This document shows positions 37,052 through 48,205 of a stretch of 64,000 nucleotides of DNA, piece by piece. The stretch is from Squalus acanthias (Eukaryota). Within the stretch, counting starts at the first letter, position 1, and the number at the start of each line of letters is the position of its first letter. Location: NCBI GenBank assembly GCA_030390025.1, contig CM059432.1, positions 12,524,001-12,588,000 on the forward strand, written 5' to 3'. Below the pieces are notes generated by a model. The model ran no database searches and was not told the origin of the DNA. It was given only the letters and a program-made list of their open reading frames with translations. Both the position numbers and the translations under genes were made by a program.

Positions 37052-38149
37052 GATGTGATTGCACTAGAGAGGGTACAGAGGAGATTTAGAGGATGTTGCC
37101 AGGACTGGAGAATTTTAGCTATGAGGAAAAATTGGATAGGCTGGGGTTGTTTGCGTTGGAACAGAGAGGCTGAGGGGAGACCTAATTGAGATGTATAAAG
37201 TGATGAGAGGCCTAGATAGAGTGGATAGGAAGGACCTATTTCCCTTAGCAGAGAGGTCAATAACCAGGGGGCATAGATTTAAAGTAATTGGTAGAAGGAT
37301 CAGAGGGGAGTTGAGGAGAAATTGTTTCACCCAGAGGGTGGTGGGGGTCTGGAACTCACTGCCTGAAAGGGTGGTAGATGCAGAAACCCTCATCGCATTT
37401 AAGAAGTACTTGGATATGCACTTGAAGTGCCGTAACCTACAGGGCTACGGACCAAGAGCTGGAAAGTGAGATTAGGCTGGATAGCTCTTTTTCGGCTGGC
37501 ACAGACACGATGGGCCAAATGGCCACCTTCTGTGCTGTAAATTTCTATGATTCTAAGGTCAGCGATTATCCCGCAGTGTGTAGACAGCACCTGGTGTGTG
37601 CTGGTCTCAGTGTCGCTGTGCCCAAAATGTATTATCCATCTCATCTCCACCCCCAAAAATGGTGAGGATGTCAGTGTTAATTGATACATCGCCAAAAAGG
37701 GAGAAAGGTTGATCAGTTGTTGCAACCAAAGTTTTAGCAGGCGGCTGAGATCAATACTCTTAATTGCTCTTTAATCTGGTTTAAGGAGAATCACTGCGGG
37801 TAACTTGCTCGCTGGGCTTGAATAACAGTACAAAGTTGGCATACATAGTGCAAACTGTTTTATGTTATGTCATTGCGTTTATGTCAGTATGTCTTTAAAA
37901 CATCTAGCCCAAGGGTATAATGAACAAAATTATAGTACTGTTTAGAAATAAATTTAAAAGTACCCACTGATGAAAGAATGATAACTTATAATAAGTTCAG
38001 CTTAAAAGTTACAAATTAAAGAGTTTATATTTGTTTAATTACTTCATATGTACTTTAGCATGATGCCAAACAATATCAAAGTGCAGTTAACTTTGTAACT
38101 ATAATTATGCATTCTTCTATACTGTTGGCATTCTTGATTGTGAAGAAAG

Positions 38150-38248
38150 AACTTGCATTTACATAGCGTCTTTCCTGACCTCAGGACACCCCAAAGCACC
38201 TTGCAGCCAACAAAGTACTTTTGAAGTGTAGTCACTGTTGTGGGAACC
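38150..38248 (-). mobile_element. Deu-type SINE tail fragment
   Basis: CTTGCATTTACATAGCG..GAAGTGTAGTCACTGTTG. Confidence 0.75.
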
Positions 38249-38334
38249 ATGGATTGTACTGCACAGTCTTCAAAAAAAATTTACCTGGAAAATTATTCTC
38301 TTCTCATTCTATTGCTTTTTTTTTTCTCCTTCAG

Positions 38335-38500
38335 AATGACTTCCTTTCTGTCTGCCACCGGTATTGCCATGCAGTTTAAAGGTTGGCTGCAGATAGCAAA
38401 ACTCTGCAACTTGCTTTTAGCTGATCAGGAGCCTGTGGAGGAAGTTGTTCTCAGTCATTGGCAGATAGGTCGAGTAAGGTCTGTAGATATGCTTGGTGAC
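38335..38500 (-). pseudogene. Harbinger (HARBI1-like) transposase N-terminal relic
   Basis: Hand translation HIYRPYSTYLPMTENNFLHRLLIS*KQVAEFCYLQPT..AIPVA resembles the Harbinger RVYRPR..YLDMSEEQCLRRLRF..V.ELC.L..ALPVA motif. Confidence 0.6.
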
Positions 38501-39956
38501 ACGGGGCGATTTTGTGAATGGGGGCGCATTGGAGGCGGGACTGCTGCTTGTCGGGTTGATGTCCCGCCTCCATCGATTTGTGGCCAACCCACGCTATTTT
38601 CCCTTGATTGACCTTGTTAAGCCCGTCCAGCGGGCTTAGCAGGCCAATTAAGGGAAAGCCGGTTGCAGAGCACGTCAACGTATGACAAATTTTTGACAGA
38701 TGAATTGTCATCGTTTGACAGCTCTGTGAAGCTGTCAAACAGTGACATTATCTGCAGTTTGATGAGGTCTTGCATACAAGACCTCATCAACCTTCTTTCT
38801 TTTACAGGAATGAGATGTTTGTTGCATCTGAGAATGCAACGGCCATCTCTCATCTGCAACACGGAGGTCCGAGACTCTCCGTATACAAACCAACTGAAGC
38901 CTGCAGGAAGAAACAAAGGTAAGTACACTTTTAAAACACGTTGCACTTACCTCAGATACTCACCTCTACACTCTTGCACCCATCACTTACCTTCACACCA
39001 CACTTTTGCACCCCCCCCCAACCCCCGCAGACCCAGTACTCGCTGAGCTGAGTTAGCGTGTTTTGGAGCCTTCGGGAAGCCCGCACTTGTGAGGGCAAAA
39101 AGGGGATAATCCTATTTTCTGCCTGTTAACTACCTGCCCAATGTTTAGATATGGCCAGAATGGCTCAGGAGCCTGCTGAACTGCCTGGCATTCCTTCTTT
39201 TATCTTGTTCCACTTCAACCACGAGATACTGTATTTAAGGTGTATCCAAGCCAGCCCCTATCATTAACTTCGTCATCACTCACCACTCAACATAGAATCA
39301 TGCAGTTTGCACCTAGATGCCATGTTACTCCCTGACCGCCTGCGAAAGCTGGGTAATTGGAGAACTCTTTTACATGTTCCCTTTTTCTTTTCACCCATCT
39401 GTTCCTTTTCTGCTATAGTCCTATAAATACTCCACTTACAGTCTGCTTCATGGAGACTTAGCAGGCCATAATGGACCATTGTTCTTCGCGTGCTGGGAAA
39501 CGTACTTGCCAAAATGAGAAATAAAAATTCCGCCACCCCCCCCACAACCAAAAAAAAAATTATTCTAAAAATACATATTGGGATAGATTTCCTCTTATTG
39601 CACTTGACATAAAGGATTACTTAGGTACAGCCATGGAGGAAATTGGGTGGGGAGGACTGCAAGCTAAAGATGGAGTTTGGCCTGAGATTCTTATATGTAC
39701 GGTGCCCAGGCAATCCTGTTTGCCAAGCGCAGCAAGAGGAAAAACTATCCCATTATTAATAAATGCGTCAAATAATACAAACATTTTTAATAAAAACAAT
39801 ACATGGCGCCTTTACCCACCGATTCATCAAAGGAATTCAATCTTTTTTTTGGAAGTCCGTCATGGACTTTATTGTGTCATATTGACTATTATCCCATGGT
39901 TAAATGAAACAGAACAAAATTTTATATTGTTATGTTTTAGTAAAAAGGCTAATAAT

Positions 39957-40692
39957 GGCCCAAAGATTGTTGTCAAAATAACAGCGAGGCTAATGACGCT
40001 CACCATTATTTATGTGTAAACGCCACAGCAACTTCAGGTGAGGGTAGATGCGCGATTAAACGCGGAAATCCAAAAGTTGCTGCCCGAGATGCTTCGCAAG
40101 AACAGCATCTTGCTGTCTGGCTCCCCATTCCAATGCATTAAGCGGCATGAAGTTCCTGTACTTGCACTGTAGATACGAACTAAAGTTGCCGCAGAAAATT
40201 AGGGCTTGTCCGTTTCAGTCTAAGTACCCTTTTAATGGCGTGATAAGTGTTAATTACCGCCAGCTAACCTCTCTGGCAGTGAAAATTAACTATTACAAGT
40301 GTGGAGTCTCATCTTTCAGGTTTTGATTGTTGTTGGAGATTGAAAATAATAAATTCTAATTCTTTCTTTTAACTTTTTCTTTGTCTCTTTTTTACTCCCT
40401 CTCTTAATCCAATCTTTCTGTACCTGATTTGACATTGAATTCACCCATTCTAACTTACACCTTCCTTATTCAGACCTCGTGCTGCTAATTTCAGAACACT
40501 TCAATCTGATTGGTTAAGGAGATACCCAGTTGCTTTCCCTGTTCACTCAGGTCCCAGATGCCCTGTAGAGGGCGCTGCGCCGTTTCCATCTTGCACTTGC
40601 AGCAACATGCAGTGCAAAATATCGTCGACATTAAACGGGCAAGGGCAAGTCTACCCAACAGCGGGTGCTGTTTGTTGGCCATCGCAATTTTT
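39957..40692 (+). mobile_element. Non-autonomous Harbinger-type element (family C)
   Basis: Starts GGCCCAAAGATT and is homologous to 29440-30073. Right end degenerate. Confidence 0.65.
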
Positions 40693-40849
40693 CGAGTGAG
40701 AGCAAAGCAGTGATGCAAGTGTTGGAATTGGTACTGTGAATGACTAGCATGTAGTTGTTTCCTCATCTCTACCAATTAAAAGTAACATGTTCAGTAGCCT
40801 TCGATTGTAAAACCTTGGATCAGTTTCCAGGTTTCTAGCGATGTTTTTT

Positions 40850-41263
40850 AAAAATCATTCAGGGGATGTGGACGTCACCGGCAAGGCCAGCATTTATTGC
40901 CATCCCTAATTGCCCTTGGGAAGGTGGTGGTGAGCTGCCTTCTTAAATACAACGGAGTGGCTTGCTAGGCCATTTCGGAGGGCAGTTAAGAGTCAACCAC
41001 ATTGCTGTGGGTCTGGAGACACTTATAGGCCAGACCGGGTAAAGAAGGCAGATTTCCTTCCCTCAAGGATATTAGTTAACCGGATGGGTTTTTACAACAA
41101 TCCAGTAGTGCATGGTCATCATTACATTTTTATTCCAGATTTATTTAATTGAATTTAAATTCCCCAGCTGCCGTGGTGGGATTATGAACTCATGTGTCTG
41201 GATCATTAGTCCACAGCCTCTGGATTACTAGTCCAATAACATAGCTACTATGCTACTGTTCCC
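40850..41263 (-). mobile_element. tRNA-derived SINE sharing its 3' tail with the LINE family at 1451-2468
   Basis: Tail GGCCAGCATTTATTGCC..CCTAATTGCCCTTG is as at 1490-1530. tRNA-like head GTAGCATAGTAG..GAGTTCATAATCC on the minus strand. Confidence 0.8.
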
Positions 41264-41297
41264 ATTCCTCAGAGCTGGAACAGTAGAAAGTTCTGTT

Positions 41298-41708
41298 TAG
41301 TTTAGAAGAATGAGAGGTGATCTCATTGAAACATATACAATTCTTACAGGGCTTGACAGGGTAGATGCAGGGAGGATGTTTCCCCTGGCTGGGGAGTCTA
41401 GAACCAGGGGTCACAGTCTCAGAATAAGGGGTCGGCGATTTAGGACTGAGATGAGGAGAAATTTCTTCACTCAGAGGGTGGTGAATCTTTGGAATTCTCG
41501 ACCCCAGAGGGCTGTGCAGGCTCAGTCGTTGAGTATATTCAAGACAGAGATCGATAGATTTTTGAATATTAAGGGAATCAAGGGATATGAGGATAGTGCA
41601 GGAAAGTGGAGATGAGGTAGAAGATCAGTCATGATCTTATTGAATGGCGGAGCAGACTCGAAGGGCCAAATGGCCGACTCCTGCTCCTATTTCTTATGTT
41701 CTTATGTT
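41298..41708 (+). mobile_element. CR1 3' end
   Basis: RRMRGDLIETY..FFTQRVVNLWNS with a (TTCTTATG)n tail; near-identical to 47543-47955. Confidence 0.93.
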
Positions 41709-42747
41709 CTGCATGCTAATCCTGCCTACTATTCTTACTATTACTTGCTTCCTCTCCTGTTGTTTATATATCTCCCTTTTCTCTTTGTACAGGCTTAATT
41801 CCCCTTTTCCGTTGTAAACATGAGTCACCCCTGGTCTAGTAGTGGGCACTCACTCTGGTCCTGGTTACACATTTTTTTGCAGATTAGGTTAACCCGTCTC
41901 TTCACCTTCTGTCACGCAACCGGAATTATTTTATCTAAAGGAGCCACTTAGTCAAGGTTCTCCCACTTAGGGTGAATATTTCCCTCCCCCCACCTCCTGT
42001 TTAATCTGGTTCCTTCAGTTCAATGTTTACTTACTCTATGTCGATCATTATGGTATCTGTTGTCACATTTGAACACATTGTCACATTGCATTATCTACGT
42101 AATGCTGCTGTTACAAAGTTAAAATTCAAAAATGGAAAGTTTAAAAAAAAATTGTAAACTATGCTGATGGTGATTAACAATAATTCTAGAATCAAGCTGA
42201 TTGAAGACAGTGATAGATTGTTGTGAATTCATCACTGTGGAAAAATGGCACAGAGGAGAAAATGAAAGGAATTGATTGAATGAAAGAAGCGATTGGGAAG
42301 TAAAATTATCGTGTTATTGGCAGCCAAGTACATATATCTTATTTATCCTGCCTTTTATATAAATCCCATATTTGTGCTGTTAAAAGAAACGTTGCCTATT
42401 TTATTTCTCACATATCAGTTAGTGATCTGGACTTAGTGAAAGGTCCATTCTATACCATTGCTGTGAAACTAGAGCTGAAGGAGAGTTAAGTGTTGGCGTT
42501 GTGTAGCACTGTAGGGATCATTGATAGTGATGTGTAAGAGAAATGCTATTTGGCAGTTCTCTCGTAGTAAACCTGAATGGTTAACATACTCCAGGACAAC
42601 CTTGTTCTCGAAGAATGTGTAGTTTACATTAAAATAAGAAAAAATGCAGAAACATTTCCTTGATAATTAAGCGTAGATTAGCATAGCATGCAATGTATAC
42701 TAAAGAGAACACTACCTTCCATGTAAAAATGTTTGACAAATCCTTTT

Positions 42748-45425
42748 TAGAAACATAGAACCATAAAAAAATAGGAGCAGGAGTAGGCCATTCAGCCCTT
42801 CGAGCCTGCTCCGCCATTCAATATGATCATGGCTGATCCTCTATCTCAATACCATATTCCTGCTCTCTCCCCATACCCCTTGATGCCTTTTGTGTCTAGA
42901 AATCTATCTATCTCCTTCTTAAATATATTCAGCGACTTGGCCTCCACAGCCTTCTGTGGTAGAGAATTCCACAGGTTCACCACGCTCTGAGTGAAGAAAT
43001 TTCTCCTCATCTCAGTCCTAAATGTCCTACCCCGTATCCTGAGACTGTGACCCCTCATTCTAGACCCCCCCAGCCAGGGGAAACATCCTCCCTGCATCCA
43101 GTCTGTCTAGCCCGGTCAGAATTTTGTACGTTTCAATGAGATCCCCTCTCATTCTTCTAAACTCTAGTGAATACAGGCCTAGTCGACCCAATCTCTCCTC
43201 ATACGACAATCCTGCCATCCCAGGAATCAGTCTGGTGAACCTTCGCTGCACTCCCTCTATGGCAAGTATATCCTTTCTTAGGTAAGGAGACCAAAACTGC
43301 ACACAGTACTCCAGGTGTGGTCTCACCAAGGCCCTGTACAACTGTAGTAAGACATCCTTGCTCCTGTACTCAAATCCTCTTGCAATGAAGGCCAACATAC
43401 CATTTGCCTTCCCAACTGCTTGCTGCACCTGCATGTTTGCTTTCAGTGACTGGTGTACAAGGACACCCAGGTCCCTTTGTACATCAGCATTTCCCAATCT
43501 AGCACCATTTAAATAATACTCTACCTTTCTGTTTTTCCTACCGAAGTGGATAACTTCACATTTATCCACGTTATACTGCATCTGCCATGTACTTGCCCAC
43601 TCACTCAACTTGTCTAACTCGCCTTGAAGCCTCTTTGCATCCTCCTCACAACTCACAATCCCACCTAGTTCCATGTCATCAGCAAACTTGGAAATATTAC
43701 ATTTGGTTCCCTCATCCAAATCATTGATATATATTGTGAATAGCTGGGGCCCAAGCACTGATCCCTGCGGTACCCCACTAGTCACCGCCTGCCACCCCGA
43801 AAAAGACCCATTTATTCCTACTCTCTGTTTCCTGTCTGTTAACCAATTTTCAATCCATGCCAATATATTACCCCCAATCCCATGTGCTTTAATTTTGCAC
43901 ACTAACCTCTTATGTGGGACTTTATCAAAGGCCTTCTGAAAATCCACATCCACTGGTTCTCCCTTATCTATTCTACCAGTTACATCCTCAAAAAACTCCA
44001 GTAGGTTTGTCAAACACGATTTCCCTTTCATAAATCCATGTTGACTTTGTCTAATCCCGTTGATATTTTCTAAGTGTCCTGTTATCACATCATTTATAAT
44101 AGACTCTAGCATTTTCCCTACTATTGATGTTAGGCTAGTTCCGTTTTCTCTCTCCCTCCTTTTTTAAATAGTGGGGTTACATTTGCCACCCTCTAATCTG
44201 CAGGAACTGTTCCATAATCTTTAGAATTTTGGAAGATGACAACCAATGCATCCACTATTTCCATGGCTACCTCTTTTAGTACTCTGGGATGCAGATTATC
44301 AGGCCCTGGGGATTTATCAGCTTTCAGTCCCATTAATTTCTCCAGCACTATTTTTTTACTAATACTAATTTCCTTTAATTCCTCCTTCTCACTAGACCCT
44401 TGGTTCTCTAGCATTTCTGGGAAGTTATTTGTGTCCTCTTCCGTGAAGACAGAACCAAAGTATTTGTTTAATTGCTCTGCCATTTCCTTGTTCCCCATTA
44501 TAAATTCTCCTGTTTCTGACTGTAAGGGACCTACATTTGTCTTCACTAATCTTTTTGTTTTTACATACTTGTAAAAGTTTTTACAATCCGCTTTTATGTT
44601 CCTTGCAAGTTTACTCTCATACTCTATTTTTCCCCTCTTAATCAATCTCTTAGTCCTTTTTTGCTGAATTCTAAACTGCTCCCAATCCTCAGGCTTGCCA
44701 CTTTTTCTGGCAACTTTATGACTCATCTTTGGATCTAATACTATCCTTAATTTCTTTTGTTAGCCATGGTTTGGCCACTTTTCCTTTTGTGTTTTTGCGC
44801 CAGAAAGGAATGTATAACTGCTGCAATTCATGCATTCGTTCCTTAAATGTTAGCCATTGCCTATCCACCATCATGCCTTTTAATGAAGCTCCACAATCTA
44901 TCATAGCCAACTCACTCCTCATAACATCATAGTTTCCTTTGTTTAGATTTAGGACCCTAGTTTCAGATTGGACTGCTTCACTTTCCATTTTAATGAAGAA
45001 TTCTATCATGTTATGGTCACTCTTCCCTAAAGAACCCCTCACAACAAGATTATTAATTAACCCCTTCTCTTTGCACAATACCCAATCTAGGATAGCCTGT
45101 TCCCTAGTTGGCTCCTCAACGTACTGGTCTAAAAAACCATCTCGTACACACTCCAGGAATTCATCCTCCACAGTATTATTGCTAATTTGGTTTGGCCAGT
45201 CTATATGTAGATTAAAGTCACCCATGATTACTGTAGTACCCTTGTTACATGCATCTCTAATTTCCTGTTTGATGCCATCCCCTACATTACCACTACTGTT
45301 TGGAGGCCTATAGACAACTCCCACCAATGTTTTCTGCCCCTTGGTGCTTCTTAGCTCCACCCAGACTGATTCTACATCTTGATTTTCTATGCCGATATCC
45401 TTTCTCACTATTGCTCTGATTTCAT
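42748..45425 (-). mobile_element. Longest CR1 copy: APE endonuclease, RT and 3' UTR; disabled
   Basis: ESVWVEL..GVVYRPP..MGDFN..SDHNMI (EN); [35 protein letters not shown] (RT). Split over three frames. Confidence 0.96.
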
Positions 45426-45485
45426 AGCATTTGCTTGTTTGCCAAGAATATGTTGCAATAATATAAATTGTGAGAAAAACACATT

Positions 45486-46248
45486 GGCCCAAAAATTCGG
45501 CCCTTCCCGGGTGAGTACACAGTCCGTACTCACCCGTATTGCTTCCCGAAGTGCCGGTTTCCTGCATGCACTGCGCATGCGCGGGAAACCAGAACTTCCG
45601 GTATGGTGGAGGGGGCGGTTCTTAGGTGAACCGCGTGCACGCTAGAGGCTGCGCACACGCAGCACACTTAGATTTTTTTTCAGGTTTCTACGCGAGGGTA
45701 AGTATTGAAGATACTACGCTAATAAAAAGGAGGCGTAAGACCCCTTTTGAACAAGGTAAGTGGTTAATTAAGTATAATTTAAAAAAATTTCAACAGGTTT
45801 ATCTTTTTTAGATACTTTAAAGAAAGGTAAGTTTATTTTTATAACTTTTAAAAAGTATTTTAATTTTTTCAAAAATTTAAATTTTTGTTTAAAGTGGTTA
45901 ATTTATTTAATTATAGTTATTTTATAAATGTGATGGTTTTTTAAAAAAATTATTTTAAGTTTAGCTGTTCTTTTGGGGCCGATTTCAATTCACAGATTTG
46001 ACAGGTCTCCTGTCAAATCTATGAATGAAAGATTGTCTGCTGCCATTGGCTCTCCATGGCCCACGTGATCCCAGGGGTCGCATCGCACTAACTGCGCCCC
46101 TGGAACACGCAAGCACTGCGCGCCGGCAGTTGGGAGAGGCCCAGGACCCGAAGTTCCCGTGGGCCCAAAACACAACGGCAGGCGCGGTAGGTAAGAGCGT
46201 GCACGATCCTTACCCCCGCGGCAAGCCGGAGACTCGAATTTCTGGGCC
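45486..46248 (+). mobile_element. MITE family B (Harbinger-type)
   Basis: ATT|GGCCCAAAAATTC...GAATTTCTGGGCC|ATT; GC-rich arms around an AT-rich core. Confidence 0.9.
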
Positions 46249-46369
46249 ATTATCGCATCATGAAAGCTTCATTGTATTGCTTACGCATGACATAATCACA
46301 ATGAAAATGACATATCTTTTCTCTGTCCTTGACATCAAAGATAGCTCTCCTTTAGGAGTCTAACTATTT

Positions 46370-46635
46370 AGCACCTTTGGGGGCCATGCCTTCTGTTGCC
46401 TGGGCCCTAAGCTCTGGAATTCTCTGCCTAAACCTCTCCGCCTCGCTACCTCTCTTTCCTCCTTTAAGATGCTCCTTAACACCTACCTCTTTGACCAAGC
46501 TTTTGGTCACCTGCCCTAATTTATCCTTATGTGGATCGGTGTCAAATTTTTTGTCTTAAAATACTCCTGCGCAGCGCCTTCGGATGTTTTACTTCGTTAA
46601 AGGCGCTCTATAAATACAAGTTGTTGTTGTTGTTA
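46370..46635 (+). mobile_element. L2 3' tail
   Basis: GCCTTC..CTCTGGAATTC..TATAAATACAAG(TTG)n. Confidence 0.8.
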
Positions 46636-47199
46636 TTATTTAGTACTCTAAGTCCTGTGCTTTATACTATAGTTAGTACTTTGGAAGCCATTTTACACAA
46701 CATTTTTGTACTGTGATGCTTCTGTAATGAACTTAAACTGGAGTAAAGTCACCAGAGATAAATTGGAAAGTGACATGACAAGCAGCATTCAATTAAGGAA
46801 ATTAAACCCAGGATCTGATTTCAATAAAGAACAAAGCAGATGAGTTGAATTTATAGTAAAGTCAAACCCCTGGAGGAATCTTTGCAAATAAATGGATTCA
46901 CATGATGATAAAGATCTCATCAGCAATGAAACTGCATTCTTATAAAGTTCTGTTGGCATAGAAATAGTTTTACTGAGGTCTTGGGGTAAAACTGCGTATT
47001 TAACCTGGAATTGCTATATGAACATTAGTTTTACCAAGGATGCTGTAAAAGCCAATAAATGCTACTCTTGTAGCTGAAAGTTGTGGTAAAACGACTACTC
47101 GTGTGAATTTCCATGATCTTGACACCATGTTCTGAGCTAATTTTTTTTAAAGTAAAATTGACTGTCTACAGGGTTTAAGAGCTTCCTGCAATGATTTTT

Positions 47200-47480
47200 C
47201 TTATCCTATGCCTTGGAGATCAATTTGAGGATCTGCTATCATTGAGGTGGGTTGGCTCCATTCACGTTATAGATCACCAGGAATGGTCTGGCAATGGACA
47301 AGAATGTGTGCGTTGCTGGGAGAGGAACGACAAACAGCTTGAAGGTTTGCATATTGCTAGATTCGTCACACAGTGCAAACACCATTTAAATATGATCTAA
47401 AATGATTACCAGAAGTAGCTGAGTTTGGAAGCACTAGTCCACAATTCAATGATGCAGAATCTTTATATAAGGACATCAGA
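47200..47480 (+). pseudogene. Possible Myb/SANT (trihelix) relic of a Harbinger accessory gene
   Basis: CWERNDKQLEGLHIARFVTQCKHHLNMI*NDYQK resembles W..IA..L.....R...QC..K...L..DY.K. Weak. Confidence 0.3.
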
Positions 47481-47542
47481 ATATAAAAGAGCATTAAATA
47501 GGAAACGGCCATTTAGCTATGAAGCGCACTCCATCCAATCCA

Positions 47543-47955
47543 CTAGAGTTTAGAAGAATGAGAGGTGATCTCATTGAAACATACAAAATTCTTACAGGGC
47601 TTGACAGGGTAGATGCAGGGAGGATGTTTCCCCTGGCTGGGGAGTCTAGAACCAGGGGTCACAGTCTCAGGATAAGGGGTCGGCCATTTAGGACTGAGAT
47701 GAGGAGAAATCTCTTCACTCAGAGGGTGGTGAATCTTTGGAATTCTCTACCCCAGAGGGCTGTGGAGGCTCAGTCGTTGAGTATATTCAAGACAGAGATC
47801 GATAGATTTTTGAATATTAAGGGAATCAAGGGATATGGGGATAGTGCAGGAAAGTGGAGATGAGGTAGAAGATCAGCCATGATCTTATTGAATGGAGGAG
47901 GAGGCGCGAAGGGCCAAATGGCCTACTGCTGCTCCTATTTCTTATGTTCTTATGT
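47543..47955 (+). mobile_element. CR1 3' end
   Basis: LEFRRMRGDLIETYKIL..WNSLPQRAVEA plus tail. Confidence 0.93.
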
Positions 47956-47959
47956 ACAA

Positions 47960-48205
47960 TTTATACTGTCATGGGCTATTTCTCGTACAGTATCGTCCTT
48001 GTGATCACGGTTGTCTGCAAGTGGTATCACTCTGTAAGTTTCTCTCTGCTGAACCTGAGCCTGCAAAGGTTATTGTTCTCCAACATTGCCAATAGGGCCT
48101 ACACAGGATAGTTTGCAATGGGCCAGCCACTTTGATATTCTTGGCCTCCAAATCAAACACTACGTCCCTTCTTTGATCTTCATCCTCTTCTATCAAATTC
48201 AGTAA
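47960..48205 (-). pseudogene. Harbinger transposase N-terminal relic
   Basis: LLNLIEEDEDQRR..TILCRPY/(frameshift)AMLENNNLCRLRFSREKLTE*YHLQ aligns by eye with the 38335-38500 relic. Confidence 0.5.

Larger units (their letters stand above)
33160..37555 (+). mobile_element. Long CR1 ORF2 fragment (tether, RT, 3' UTR) split by two solo LTRs
   Basis: [41 protein letters not shown]|..KFAADTK, FFTQRVV. Contains stops and frameshifts. Confidence 0.95.

Noticed and set aside
38310..38385. Strong-looking splice acceptor on the + strand
   Set aside because: The downstream sequence is better explained as antisense of the Harbinger transposase relic, and the donor is weak.
42748..45567. Intact autonomous CR1
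   Set aside because: ORF2 is broken over three frames with deletions, there is no ORF1 or 5' UTR, and the ORF's N-terminus is read-in from the adjacent MITE.
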